A stretch of 64,000 bases of DNA from an uncultured Chthonomonadaceae bacterium (GCA_963835065.1 CAWIEK010000049.1:192001-256000), one strand, 5' to 3'; counted from the stretch's first letter, positions 18,262-29,596 are shown. Program-made: numbers and translations. The notes: generated by a model from the letters alone, not told the origin.

Positions 18262-19473
18262 TTAATGGTGGCTGAAGTGGGCATAGGCGACGGTCAGCAG
18301 GAAATAGACTCCTGAAACGGTCAGCATCCCGATCATATTTTGTAAAATTCCCATGCACCAGATACGGCGAACGAGCGTGGGACGGACAGGCGCGCTGGTG
18401 TAATATGTTTCCAGCAGGGCGCGGGCGGCGGCGATGCCACTGGCAATCTGGCGCGGCGAGGCGGGGCGCGTCGTGAACACCGCCTGCAGGAACGTGCCGA
18501 CGCGCCGCCATGTGAACAGCGTCACCAATCCTGACAGCAGCAGGGCGGACTCTACATCCAGACGCAGCAGGCTGACAAGCAAGGGACACAACGAAAACAG
18601 CACGAGTCCGATTGCCATGATGTTGGTTCCGCAGCGCGGGTGCGGGCGCGGCATACGGCATACGATTTCGGGCAGCAGGCGCTCGTTACGCTCGATGGCA
18701 TGAACCGTCTGATGTTCCGCCGCATGGTAGCCGGCGAGACTGGTGGCGCGCATCAGGCCGAAGAAAACAAGATACGTGAACATTTTCAGGCCGAAGCCGA
18801 GCAGACCGACGACGGGCGGCAGGCGCGTTCCCATGTCATCCACATCAAGCAGGTCGCTGCCCTGCGGCAAATGAACGACATGCTGAAGCCATTGCAGGCT
18901 GTAATCGGTGACATTGGCGGCGAACAGCAGCAGCGCGCCGATAATCATGCCGGAAACAATCAGGGCAAAATTGCCGGCTCCCGCCTGAACGGTTCCATCC
19001 GTGAGATACACGCCGAACGGAGTCGCCATGCCGCCGATGCTGCCGGGACGGGACATGGGCGCTTCGGCGGTGAGAAGGTCGTTGTATACAACCACGCCAA
19101 GCGCGTAGCCGTCCTCATCCACAACCGGCAGGGCGCACATCAAATCAAGGTTGTGCGCGATAAACAGATTACGCGCTTGTTCGGGCGTCAGGCCGGATGA
19201 GATGACAACTTCCGGGTAACGCATCACTTCGGCAACGGGGCGGCGCAAAACAAGTTCAACTTTCGATACGTCCGGCTGCTGAAGCAGGATATTCACATCG
19301 GACTGGTGAATAATGCCGACAACCTTGCCGTTTTGCAGAATCGGCAGGCTGCTGCAGGCGCATTGACGGCATACCCGTACAAAGCGTTCCAGGCTGTCTT
19401 CGGCATGGAGCGGCGGAACCGCCCGCAATACGGCGCGTAGGGAAGAGGGTGTCGTGTAAAATCCTGCGGACAT
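18262..19473 (-). CDS. CBS-pair + DUF1385 membrane protein
   Basis: Two CBS motifs (LPILQNGKVVGII, LPVVDEDGYALGVV), GGMA, YHAAEHQTV, HPRCGTN, TTRPA. Confidence 0.85.
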   Translation of the reverse strand: MSAGFYTTPSSLRAVLRAVPPLHAEDSLERFVRVCRQCACSSLPILQNGKVVGIIHQSDVNILLQQPDVSKVELVLRRPVAEVMRYPEVVISSGLTPEQARNLFIAHNLDLMCALPVVDEDGYALGVVVYNDLLTAEAPMSRPGSIGGMATPFGVYLTDGTVQAGAGNFALIVSGMIIGALLLFAANVTDYSLQWLQHVVHLPQGSDLLDVDDMGTRLPPVVGLLGFGLKMFTYLVFFGLMRATSLAGYHAAEHQTVHAIERNERLLPEIVCRMPRPHPRCGTNIMAIGLVLFSLCPLLVSLLRLDVESALLLSGLVTLFTWRRVGTFLQAVFTTRPASPRQIASGIAAARALLETYYTSAPVRPTLVRRIWCMGILQNMIGMLTVSGVYFLLTVAYAHFSHH

Positions 19474-19693
19474 AATGCTGATTATACACTCCTTATGCCT
19501 GTGTTTGCAAGGGAGAGTAGATAGGTAGACGTTAGACGTTAGAAGGTAGATGGTAAACAGTAGTAGAATACGCCATAAGGGCGATGTGGAGGACGTGGGT
19601 TCGAGGCGTAAGTAGAGTGAATGTTGCGGCGACAGCGAACGGAATTGGCGGAGCATGGGAGTACATGATGCGGAAATTTAGCGATGGAGCGGC

Positions 19694-20583
19694 ATGAGCG
19701 AACAAGCGGTATTAATTGTGAATACGAAGTCTCGGCGCGGTACGGGAATGTTTCGCGCAGGCGCAGCAGGAACTCCGGCAACGGGGAGTAAAAGTTGGGC
19801 AGGCTTTGGCTTGCCGCGATCCCAGGCAGGTTCCTATCGCCGTTAAGAAAGCGGTCTAGCAGGGGGCGCGGCTGGTGATTGTGGGCGGGGGTGATGGCAC
19901 ACTGGGGAATACTGTTGACGCATTTGTCGGAACCGAAAGCGTTCTGGGAGTGCTGCCGCTGGGAACGGGTAACGAATTTGCGCGGGATTTGTGCATACCG
20001 CAGGATGTGGCTTCGGCCTGTGATGTGATTGCAAACGGCAAGGTGACAGCCGTTGATCTGGGCATCGTAAACAAGCATTATTTTATTAATGTGGCGACAG
20101 TGGGGTTGACCACGCTGATTGCGCAGGAATTGACTCCCGATGCCAAAAAGCGATTGGGCAAACTCGTGTATCTTTTTGCTGTCGTTCGCGGCTCTAATGC
20201 GCGTTCGTCCTTTTTGCGTGACGCTGAAGACGGCAGAGGAGACGCAAAGCTGCACGGCGCTGCAAGTGGTTATCGGGAACGGCAGATTTCATGCCGGCCC
20301 GTTTCCCCTTTCGCCGGACGCGACGATTACGGACGGCAAACTGGTGGTGTACGTTCTGGCGGGAACAAGCCGCTGGAGTTTGCTGCGTTACGCGCTGAAC
20401 CTGCCGGGTGGGCATCATGTGGAACTGCCCAATGTGCCGGCTATTACAACACAGGGCGGGCGGTTAGAAACTTCGCCTGTGGAGCGCGTGACTGTAGACG
20501 GCGAAATCTGCCAGCATACGCCCTTAGATTTTGGGGTTGCGCCGCGCGCTTTGCGGGTGATGACTCCCCTGAGTTTCGAATGA
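19694..20583 (+). CDS. YegS/DagK family lipid kinase (several frameshifts or a stop in this assembly)
   Basis: MSEQAVLIVNTKSRRG..., IVGGGDGT, LPLGTGNEFAR, IGNGRFHAG, VDGE split over several frames. Confidence 0.8.
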
Positions 20584-20670
20584 AGCATCGGAGTTTTGAA
20601 TAACGCGAAGGCGTAAGGTTTTGGGCGGGAAACGTATTGAGCATAACATGAACGCGGAAACGAGGGAAGC

Positions 20671-21609
20671 GTGGATTCGAACCAATTGGCGCAAAAGGCG
20701 CAGCGGGTTGTGGAGGCTGTGGAAACAGCGATTGTCGGCAAGAAGGAAGTGGTAGAATTAGCTCTCGCGGTGCTGCTGTCAAACGGGCATTTGCTGATTG
20801 AAGACATTCCGGGCGTCGGCAAAACCACGCTGGCGAAGGCGTTTGCCCATGCGCTTGGGCTGTCGTTCAAGCGCATCCAGTTTACGCCCGATTTGCTGCC
20901 TTCCGATATTACCGGCTCGTCCATTTACAACCAGAAAACCGAAGATTTTGAAATGCGCGGCGGGCCGGTGTTCGCCAATATCGTGCTTGCAGATGAGATC
21001 AACCGCACCACGCCTAAAACGCAGGCCGCGCTTTTGGAGTGTATGGAGGAGCGGCAGGTGACGATAGACGGCATTGCCCATGAACTGCCTTCGCCTTTTT
21101 TCGTAATCGCAACCCAAAATAACATCGAAATGGCCGGCACGTATCCCCTGCCCGAAGCGCAGTTGGATCGGTTCGCGGCGCGGCTGGCGATGGGCTACCC
21201 GGATCGGGAAGCGGAAATGCGTATTTTGGGCGGGCAGTACAAAGCCCTCCCGGTGGAAACAATTCAGCCCGTAATGAACGCGCCGGAGATTCTGGAAATG
21301 CAAAGCGCGGTTCGGGAGATTCACGTTGATGTGAGTGTTCAGGAGTATATTCTGGATGTGGTGGGCGCAACCCGAACGCTGCCCGCTGTGGCGCTTGGGG
21401 CCAGTCCGCGCGGCAGTTTGGGACTGCTCCATGCGGCGCAGGCGCGGGCGGCTTTGATGGGACGGGATTTTGTTTTGCCGGACGATGTGAAGGTTCTCGC
21501 GCCCGCCGTGCTTGCGCACCGGATCATTGTTCGGCCTGAGCAGCGTATTCGCGGCACGACGGCCTTTGCCTGCATCGAGGAGGCTCTGAACCGCGTTCCG
21601 GTCAGATAA
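20671..21609 (+). CDS. moxR: MoxR family AAA+ ATPase
   Basis: EDIPGVGKT, RIQFTPDLLPSD, LADEINR, YPLPEAQLDRF. Confidence 0.95.
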   Translation: MDSNQLAQKAQRVVEAVETAIVGKKEVVELALAVLLSNGHLLIEDIPGVGKTTLAKAFAHALGLSFKRIQFTPDLLPSDITGSSIYNQKTEDFEMRGGPVFANIVLADEINRTTPKTQAALLECMEERQVTIDGIAHELPSPFFVIATQNNIEMAGTYPLPEAQLDRFAARLAMGYPDREAEMRILGGQYKALPVETIQPVMNAPEILEMQSAVREIHVDVSVQEYILDVVGATRTLPAVALGASPRGSLGLLHAAQARAALMGRDFVLPDDVKVLAPAVLAHRIIVRPEQRIRGTTAFACIEEALNRVPVR

Positions 21610-21748
21610 TCTGAAATACGGGTGTTCAGGTGTTCGATATTGGTATTCGGATTGGTGTTCGGGTATTGTTATACCGGTAGCGAACACATTCATAGCCTCT
21701 TCTTCCAACAAAGCGTGGGAGAAGGGGAGTTGCTGTTTTGGCGAGGAG

Positions 21749-22996
21749 ATGTGGATGCAGTTCAGCAAATGGGTGACGCTGCTGTTTAGCTCGCTGTGCC
21801 TGATGGCGGTTGCGGGAATCCTGCGCCAGCCTCACCTGTATTATATGGCGGCGATTTTGCTGACCCTGCCGGGCGTGAGTTACCTGCTGGGGTGGTTCGC
21901 TTTGCGCGGGCTGGAATTCGAGCGGGAAATGCCGCAGATGGCGTGGGAGGGCGAAGAAAGCCGGCTGCACTACATCGTTCGCAATCCCTCGCGTATCGCG
22001 CGGTTTTTTCTGTCCATTCAGGAAACGCTGCCGGCCTGGGTGGAAATGACGGACGAGGAACCGCAGTTGTTCAATGTGGCCGCAGACGATGTGGCGGGCG
22101 TGACGCAAAAGGTGCGGTTTTTGCGGCGGGGCGTGTTTGCCGCCAATGGTTTTGACGTGACGGCGATGGATCCGCTCGGCGTGTTCGCGTTTACCCGGCA
22201 TATCCCCTGTGAGGGTGAACTGGTGGTCTATCCGATGCCGCAGGCAATGAATACTAATGCGTTGAGCGGCGCGGAACGGCATGGATGGCAGGAATTTACG
22301 TCACGGCTTTTGCGGGGCAGCAGCGTGGACCCGGACGGCGTTCGTCCCTACGTGCCGGGGGATTCGATGCGGCGGATACACTGGCGGCAAACCGCCCGTA
22401 CTGGCAAATTGAGTGTAATCGAATTCGAGGAAACGCTGGCAAGCAATCTGGTAATCGCGCTTGATCTGGAAGACGGCAGCGTGGTTGGCGATGAGCAGGA
22501 CAATACGCTGGAATACGCGGTGCGAATCGCCGCTTCGCTGGCGCAGGAAGCGGCGGATCAGGGCGCAACCGTGCGGCTGATGCTGCCTCCGTCGCAAACT
22601 TTTGCCCCGACTATTGCGGCATTCGATGGCAGGGGGCAGTCCCATTTGCTGTTGATACTGGATACGCTGGCGCGGGTGGAAGCGACGGTAAAAACTCCGA
22701 TGCGTGAATGGCTGGTGGAACAGGCCGCAAGCGTCCGGTCAGGGACAACGCTGGCCGTTGTCACTGCCAAACCCGATCCCGGCTTGACGGATGCGTTTGC
22801 TCCCTACCTGGGCGTTGGGGTCAAGGTAGGCATGGTTTTCGTGGATCCCAATTCCTTCCGCGCAGCGAGCAATGCCCAACAGATTGAAATGTCGCGTTAT
22901 TTCCTCGCCGCCATGACCACCCTGCATCTCCCGACGTATGTGGTGCGGCATGAGGAAAAGGGCCTGCTGAATCCCGAGGAGTTCGTATATGGATAA
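21749..22996 (+). CDS. DUF58 domain protein
   Basis: DPLGVF, VRPYVPGDSMRRIHWRQTAR; follows moxR. Confidence 0.9.
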   Translation: MWMQFSKWVTLLFSSLCLMAVAGILRQPHLYYMAAILLTLPGVSYLLGWFALRGLEFEREMPQMAWEGEESRLHYIVRNPSRIARFFLSIQETLPAWVEMTDEEPQLFNVAADDVAGVTQKVRFLRRGVFAANGFDVTAMDPLGVFAFTRHIPCEGELVVYPMPQAMNTNALSGAERHGWQEFTSRLLRGSSVDPDGVRPYVPGDSMRRIHWRQTARTGKLSVIEFEETLASNLVIALDLEDGSVVGDEQDNTLEYAVRIAASLAQEAADQGATVRLMLPPSQTFAPTIAAFDGRGQSHLLLILDTLARVEATVKTPMREWLVEQAASVRSGTTLAVVTAKPDPGLTDAFAPYLGVGVKVGMVFVDPNSFRAASNAQQIEMSRYFLAAMTTLHLPTYVVRHEEKGLLNPEEFVYG

Positions 22997-25238
22997 TCGA
23001 ATTGGATTTTCAAAGCCCGGTGGAACTCTTCAAGAGGATGCGGACGCGGCACATACGCAGCTTCCGGTAAGTATCTGGCTTTATATTGCGGGATTATGCG
23101 TCACGCTGTCGGGCCTGTATGCGGTGAACTTCGGCCTGGAAGATGCGTCCTTCGCCAACTTGTCCTACGGTTTAGCCATCGCGGGGTACGTGTTCAGCTA
23201 TGTGATTCGCGCGCGTGGGGTTGATGTGAACGCCATAAAGATGCCGCTGCTGATGAGCGGGGCTTTACTGTTTCTGGCGTATGTGAGCGGCAGTGGAGCG
23301 GGCTGGCTGATTCCTGCGGGGGTGGGAGACAACCGCTCTCAGGCAATGCAGGTCTTATTTGCCTGGGTAGCGATTGTTCATACGTTTACGCTGCTCAATG
23401 ACGCTTCGGTGCTGTTTGCCTGTGTGCCGGGAATGACAATGCTGGCGCTGGTCAGTACGGTGTCGCCGGATCAGGAAATACAGAATGCCTTTGTAGTGTT
23501 TGTCGCCGCGTCCACATTTTTGATGGTGCATGAAAACTATTTGCGAACGCGCAATGCGAAAACACTGCGCGCGTTGGTGGCGGGCAGCGGGCGTTTATTT
23601 GGCGGGCAGTTGCTGCTGACAGGCGTTTGCTTGTTCGGGGCGTTGATGTTGGGAAATCTAGTTGCCGTGCCGATTGAAATGGCCGGGCGGTCTTTGTTTA
23701 GCGCGAGTTTCACGCCGCAAGCGGATACGCTCACGCGGCCCAAGCCAAATACCATTTTCACGGTCAACGTAAATGAAAAAACTACGTTCACGCTGGCACA
23801 GGGGCCGGTGACGGAAAGCGATACGCCTTTGCTGCGTATTCAGTCGCCGCGAAGCATGTACTGGCGGGGCACGACATTCAGTACCTACACGGGCACGAGT
23901 TTTCAAAATCAGGAGCAGTCCTCCGATGTGAGGCCGTTGACAGGGGAACAGCCGGAGGAATCGCAAGTCCTCCAACTGAGGAAATTTGCGAATGCCTTCG
24001 GCGCAGGGACGTTTCTGAACAGATTTATTTATAAAGTCCCGGCCAACCCCTACGAATTATCGCCGGAAGATATGCAAGGCAGCCATCAGGAAAAACAGGA
24101 GATTCAGGTGCTTGGGGGCGTTTTCAGCAGTTTGTATGGCGCGGGGTATGCGCGGGAAGTAACGACAGACCTTCCGAGCCTGCGCTATAATTTTGCGGGA
24201 ACGCTGCTGGCAGATGTGCCGGTGTCAACTTTTTATGAGATGGTTGCCCAGACGCCGACGCAGGATGAGGAAAAATTGCGGCAAGCGCCGTCAGAAATCA
24301 GCGAAGTGCCCACGGACATACGCCGCGCTTATTTGCAGCTTCCGGGCCAAAATGGGGAAGATACCGAGCGCGTCAAGCAGTTGGCGCAGCGTTTGACACA
24401 GGACAAAACGAACAATTTCGATAAGGCGGAAACACTGCGCAGTTATGTGGCTGCCACTTGTAAGTATAATCTGCAAGCGTCGCGCGCGCCCGCGGAACGG
24501 GATGTCGTGGCCTGGTTCCTGCTGGATAAGAAGGAGGGGTATTGCGATAGTTTTGCGGCGGCGCTGACGATGCTTTGCCGCTATGCGAACATTCCGGCTC
24601 GCCTTGCGTCCGGTTTTTTGCCGGGAGAGATCGAATCCGATGGAACGTACCTGGTTCGGGAAAAGCATAAGCATGTGTGGACGGAAGTGTTCTTCCCGCA
24701 TATCGGCTGGGTTCCTTTCGATGCGACGGATGGGACGACAGACATTTCCGACCACAGCAGCGGAACGAAAAAGCCGCAGGTAAATTTTGTGAAATGGCTG
24801 ATGTCGCATGGCAGCCTGCCCATTGCGGTGGCGGTGGCGATGGCCGGGCTGTTGGGGTATGTGGTAAAGACGGAAGTGGTGGACCGGGTTCGCCAGCGGC
24901 ACAACGGCGCGGCGGAAGTTTTCGTTCGTCCATCGGCAAACCTGCAGGTGATGGCGGCGTATGCGCAGGCGGACGGTTTGCTTCGACGGAAGGGGCTGAT
25001 TCGTTTGCCGCACCAGACGCCGGATGAGTATCAGGCGCAACTGGCGGCGCAGCTTCACGTTGCCTTGCCGGACGTGACGCGGGACATGGCGCAATTGACC
25101 GGGCTGTTTACGCGATTCAGGTATGGGCGCGAGACGGCGATGCGCGAGGATGTGGAAACGGCGCAGAAGTTGGCGGCTTCCATACGCGAAGGGCTGCAGG
25201 CGGCAAATCGGCGCGATATGGCGAGTATGAAGAGCTAA
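22989..25238 (+). CDS. TgpA-like transglutaminase domain membrane protein
   Basis: N-terminal TMs, YWRG, GYCDSFA, HVWTEV, GWVPFDAT catalytic triad. Confidence 0.9.
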   Translation: MDNRIGFSKPGGTLQEDADAAHTQLPVSIWLYIAGLCVTLSGLYAVNFGLEDASFANLSYGLAIAGYVFSYVIRARGVDVNAIKMPLLMSGALLFLAYVSGSGAGWLIPAGVGDNRSQAMQVLFAWVAIVHTFTLLNDASVLFACVPGMTMLALVSTVSPDQEIQNAFVVFVAASTFLMVHENYLRTRNAKTLRALVAGSGRLFGGQLLLTGVCLFGALMLGNLVAVPIEMAGRSLFSASFTPQADTLTRPKPNTIFTVNVNEKTTFTLAQGPVTESDTPLLRIQSPRSMYWRGTTFSTYTGTSFQNQEQSSDVRPLTGEQPEESQVLQLRKFANAFGAGTFLNRFIYKVPANPYELSPEDMQGSHQEKQEIQVLGGVFSSLYGAGYAREVTTDLPSLRYNFAGTLLADVPVSTFYEMVAQTPTQDEEKLRQAPSEISEVPTDIRRAYLQLPGQNGEDTERVKQLAQRLTQDKTNNFDKAETLRSYVAATCKYNLQASRAPAERDVVAWFLLDKKEGYCDSFAAALTMLCRYANIPARLASGFLPGEIESDGTYLVREKHKHVWTEVFFPHIGWVPFDATDGTTDISDHSSGTKKPQVNFVKWLMSHGSLPIAVAVAMAGLLGYVVKTEVVDRVRQRHNGAAEVFVRPSANLQVMAAYAQADGLLRRKGLIRLPHQTPDEYQAQLAAQLHVALPDVTRDMAQLTGLFTRFRYGRETAMREDVETAQKLAASIREGLQAANRRDMASMKS

Positions 25239-25239
25239 A

Positions 25240-26376
25240 ATGGAAATCGTGTATAAGAGTGGGGCGCCTGCGGTGATGTGGAAACCGGCGCTTCAGCGGG
25301 TATATGCTTTGTTCGGGGAGGAAGACCGCTTGAAAGAGGAAGCGGTTGCCGCTCTGACAAAGCATGTCGTGGAACCGGATTTTGCGGATTTCGATATGGA
25401 AACGCTGGATGCCGGAACCCACACGGCGGATGAAATTCTGGCTTCGCTGGCGCAGGCTCCGTTTGGATCGGAGCGGCGGTTTGTTGTCGTCAAGGGCATG
25501 GAGTTGTGGCGGGAGCGGGGCAAGAACTCCGAAGCGGAGCGGCTGGCGGAGGGATTGAGTCGGCAGTCGGACGCGACGTGCCTGGTGCTGGTCGTGGCGG
25601 CGGAGGAAGAGGAAGAGCGGCGCAAGACGGCGGTAACAACGAAACTGGACAACGCGATCAAGAAGTATGGGGCGCTGGTGGCCTGCCGCGCCTTGAAGGG
25701 GGATAGCCTGACGGCGTGGATTGCAGCTCGGGTGAAGCAGGAAGGCAAGCGCATTGACAGCGGGGCGGCGGAGCAACTGATCCAGAACGCCGGTACCGAA
25801 ATGCTGGTTTTGGAGCAGGAGATTATCAAACTGGCCTGCTTTAGTGGCGACAGGGAGTTGATTACGGGGCGGGATGTGGCGATGGTTGTGGCGGCAAGCC
25901 CGGAAGACGTGATGTTTACGACGGTGGACGCGATCACGCGGCGGCAGACGGACAGGGCATTGCTGCTGTTGGCGGAACTGCACCGGTACGATCCCAAACC
26001 GCAGGCGGTGGCGGGGAAGCTGCTGGCGCTATTGGCGCGGCAGTACCGGATGCTGTGGCAGGCCAAGTATTTGAGCGACAAGCGCATCAATCCCCGCGAC
26101 GTGCGTTCGCTTCCCCCGGATATGGCGGCGGAACTTCCCGGTGACAGCAACATCGCGCAACTGGCGTTCAAAGCGGCGGATTTGTTTGCAGCCTCCAAGA
26201 ATTACAAGTGGGAAGAACTGACGGGGGCGCTGGAAAAGCTGCTGCTGTGCGATCTGGCGAACAAGGGCGGCACGACGGATGAAATGGGAACGTTCGGAGC
26301 CGACCCCGCGCGGAATTTACAACTGCTTGTGCTGGATTTGACGGGGGCGTCTCAGGCGAAAACAGCGGCGCGGTGA
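25240..26376 (+). CDS. holA: DNA polymerase III delta subunit
   Basis: VYALFGEE, PFGSERRFVVVK, LEQEIIKL; adjacent to rpsT as is usual. Confidence 0.9.
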   Translation: MEIVYKSGAPAVMWKPALQRVYALFGEEDRLKEEAVAALTKHVVEPDFADFDMETLDAGTHTADEILASLAQAPFGSERRFVVVKGMELWRERGKNSEAERLAEGLSRQSDATCLVLVVAAEEEEERRKTAVTTKLDNAIKKYGALVACRALKGDSLTAWIAARVKQEGKRIDSGAAEQLIQNAGTEMLVLEQEIIKLACFSGDRELITGRDVAMVVAASPEDVMFTTVDAITRRQTDRALLLLAELHRYDPKPQAVAGKLLALLARQYRMLWQAKYLSDKRINPRDVRSLPPDMAAELPGDSNIAQLAFKAADLFAASKNYKWEELTGALEKLLLCDLANKGGTTDEMGTFGADPARNLQLLVLDLTGASQAKTAAR

Positions 26377-26552
26377 GCCGTAAATGAGGAAAAGTAGCCG
26401 CAAATGGACGCGAATGGACGCGAATGGTGTTTATGAAGCTTCAGGCGGGGCGTGTACGATAAATTATAACGCCGTATAGCCCGTGACTGTGGGACAGGAC
26501 GGGCTATCAGGGAAAATGGATGGCAGTCAGCGCGTTAGTTCCGGTAGGGAAC

Positions 26553-26834
26553 TCAGGCGGCTGCGACAGCGGCTTTGTTGGCGCGTTTCATCAAGCGGGA
26601 CTTGCGCCGGGAAGCCTGGTTTTTGTGGATGATGCCGCGCTCGGCGGTCTTGTCAATGGTTTTGCAGGCGAGACGAACGGCTTCCGCGCTGGCGGCAATG
26701 TCGCCCGCGCCCGCGTCAATGGCAACACGCGCTTTTTTGACAAACGTTTTCATCGCGGATTTGGCGGCGATATTGCGCAGATGGTTTTTGCGTGATTTGA
26801 TGACGTCTTTTTTGACGGATTTGATATTCGGCAC
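26553..26834 (-). CDS. rpsT: 30S ribosomal protein S20
   Basis: MPNIKSVKK...IDKTAERGIIHKNQASRRKSRL; AAAGGAGG RBS. Confidence 0.97.
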   Translation of the reverse strand: MPNIKSVKKDVIKSRKNHLRNIAAKSAMKTFVKKARVAIDAGAGDIAASAEAVRLACKTIDKTAERGIIHKNQASRRKSRLMKRANKAAVAAA

Positions 26835-27006
26835 AAGCGTACCCTCCTTTGAACGGTAGAGTATACCTTATTCCCGCCGCCTTTCGCAAGCGAAATTTCA
26901 GCCGGCATTTGGCGAATTTTTCGCTTGGCAAGTTTTTCTGTGGTTGCTATGCTTAGAGAAAGTGGCTTTTTACCTCGTTAGGCCGAACTGAGTGAAGGAT
27001 ATAACT

Positions 27007-29491
27007 ATGTTGCGTTGGAGGCGCGTTGCTGCGCGATACCTGGTCTTGTTGGTTGTTTGCCTGCTGGCGGTGATTGGAGCGGGGTGTTCGCGTACGCCGA
27101 ATGCGCCTGCAAAGGTGAAGCTGGTGGTATGGGGGCTGGAATATGGGGAAGAGAGTCAGGGATTGCGGGCGAAGGTGGCGGAGTTCGAGAAGCGGCATCC
27201 GAACATCGAAGTGAGCGTTTTGTCTATGGGCGCGGGTTCTATGAATCCGCAGAAGCTGATGACCGCGATTGTCGGGAACGTGCCGCCGGATGTCATTCAT
27301 CAGGATCGGTTCACGATTGGGGATTGGGCGTCACGGGATGCGTTTATGTCGCTGGACGGATTGTACAAGCGTGATCAGCAGCAGGCGGACGGCGTACATG
27401 AGACGGATTTTTACCCGGCCTGCTGGCGCGAAGCCAATTATACCGATCCGATTTCCGGCAAGTCCTCGTTGTTTGCCATTCCTGACAGTACGGACAATCG
27501 CCTGCTGCTGTACAATAAAACCCTGTTTCGGGAAGCGGGCATTGTAGACGCGAAGGGGGAACCCAAACCGCCGCAAACGTGGGAAGAACTGCTGGCAGAC
27601 GCCAAAAAACTGACGCGCGATAAGCCGGACGGCACGTATGACCAGATCGGCTTTATCCCGAACTATGGCAATGCGTGGCTGTACATTTACTCGTGGCAAA
27701 ATGACGGCGAGTTTATGTCAGCGGATGGCCGCACCTGTACGATGAACGCGAAGCCGAATGTGGAAGCGCTGGAGTACATGGTAAAGACGTATGACGCGCT
27801 TGGCGGCGTGGACAGGGTGACGGCGTTTCAGTCGGGCTTTCAAACGAATGAACTTGATCCGTTTCTGACGAACAAAGTGGCGATGAAGATTGACGGCTCG
27901 TGGGTTCCGCAGGGGATTGCGCGGTATGGGCCTGATCTTGACTTCGGGGTGGCTCCGGCTCCGGTTCCGGCTGCGCGGCTGCGGCATGAGGGCAAGTTCA
28001 AGGACGATAAAGATACGTTCGTGACGTGGGCGGGCGGGTATTCGTATGCGATTCCACAGGGCGCGAAGCATGTGGACGAAGCGTGGCAGTTCATCAAGTG
28101 GATGGTAAGCCCCGAAGCCGCCTTGATTGAAGCCCGCGCCACAAAAACGTACTTCGATACCAAAGAGCGAAAGTTTGTGCCGGGGCTGTCCGCGAACCGG
28201 AAGATCAATGCGGCGGTCTATGCGCAATACGCGCCTGAGTCCGCCAAATACCGCGATGCCATGCAGTTGTTTACGCAAATGATGGATCATGCGCGGTTCC
28301 GTCCCGTGACGTTTGTTGGGACAGCGGTTATGGGATGAACACGTTCGCGCCTTTGAGAACGCCACGCACCACGTAACAACAGGCAAAACGGCTCAGGAGG
28401 CAATGGACGAGGGTACGCAGGTTGTGCAGCGGGAATTGGACAAAGTTTTCGCCAAAAACCAGTACCAAAGGCTGTCTTCCGTCATTCCCCTTACGCTTGC
28501 CGCGCTTGCGGGATTGAGCGTTGTGAGTATTGTGGTTTGGCGATTGGTGATGCTGCGGCGGATGCGGCGGCTGTCGCGGCAGGAAGCGACGGCGGGGTAC
28601 GTGTTTGCCGCGCCGTGGATCATCGGGTTTGTCGTGCTGACGGCGGGGCCAATTCTGGTCAGTATCTTCCTGAGTTTCTGTGATTACGACGTGCTGCATC
28701 CGGCGCGGTTTGTGGGCATCAACAATTACGCCGACCTGCTTGGGCGCGACAGCTACTATTTGCGCGTGTCGCTGCAAAACGTGTTCTATCTGGCGGCTGT
28801 GGGTATCCCGTTGGGATTGTCTACAAGCCTTGCGATTGCGCTGCTGCTGAACGCGAAAGTGTCGGGCATGAGTTTGTACCGCACGTTCTTTTATGTGCCG
28901 GCGATTGTGCCGGTTGTGGCGAGCGCGGTGCTGTGGACGTGGATTTTGAACGCCGACCCGAATCGCGGCCTGCTGAACGCGGGCTGGCAGGTGACGCTTG
29001 GGCAGTGGTTTGGCTGGCAGCCTCCGGGATGGCTGGGCGCGGCGCAATGGGCAAAGCCTGCGTTGATTTTGAACGGGCTATGGGGAGCCGGGGCGGGCAT
29101 GATTTTGTGGCTGGCGGGCTTGCAGGGCGTTCCGACGCATTTGTACGAGGCCGCCGATCTGGACGGGGCGGGAACGCTGACGAAGTTTCGGCATGTGACG
29201 CTGCCCATGCTGTCGCCTTACATTCTGTTCAACCTGATTATGGGCACGATCAACGCGCTGCAGGAGTTTGACCGTCCCTATGTGCTTTCGGGCGGCGATC
29301 CGAGCAAGCCGATTGGCCCGGTAGACAGCCTGCTGCTGCCGGTGATGTATCTGTTCAAGAACGCCTTCCAGTATTTCAAGATGGGGTATGCGTCCGCGCT
29401 GGCATGGATTCTGTTCGTGATGATAATGGTACTGACAGTGACGCAGTTGAAGCTGGCGAAGCGTTGGGTGTACTACGAGTCGGAGAAGTAA
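27007..29491 (+). CDS. Sugar ABC transporter substrate-binding lipoprotein fused to a MalF-type permease (frameshift near 28320)
   Basis: Lipobox IGAGC, SBP motifs (PPDV, LLYNKTLF, PPQTWEEL). Continues as QRLWDEH... into the permease with EAA motif LYEAADLDGAG if one G is removed at GTTGGGACAG. Confidence 0.85.
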
Positions 29492-29494
29492 TTA

Positions 29495-29542
29495 CCTCAC
29501 CCCCGGCCCCTCTCCTTGCCGCGCAACGCGCTAGGAGAGGGG
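29495..29542. repeat. REP-like palindrome, family A, copy 2
   Basis: CCTCACCCCCGGCCCCTCTCCTTGCCGCGCAACGCGCTAGGAGAGGGG. Confidence 0.85.
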
Positions 29543-29596
29543 AGAGTATTGTTTTCATCCGTAGTTAGCGTACTGAGGCAGCGTAAGTGAGGATAT

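Noticed and set aside
20671..25238. MoxR-DUF58-transglutaminase as a novel system
   Set aside because: This is a widespread, already described gene triad.
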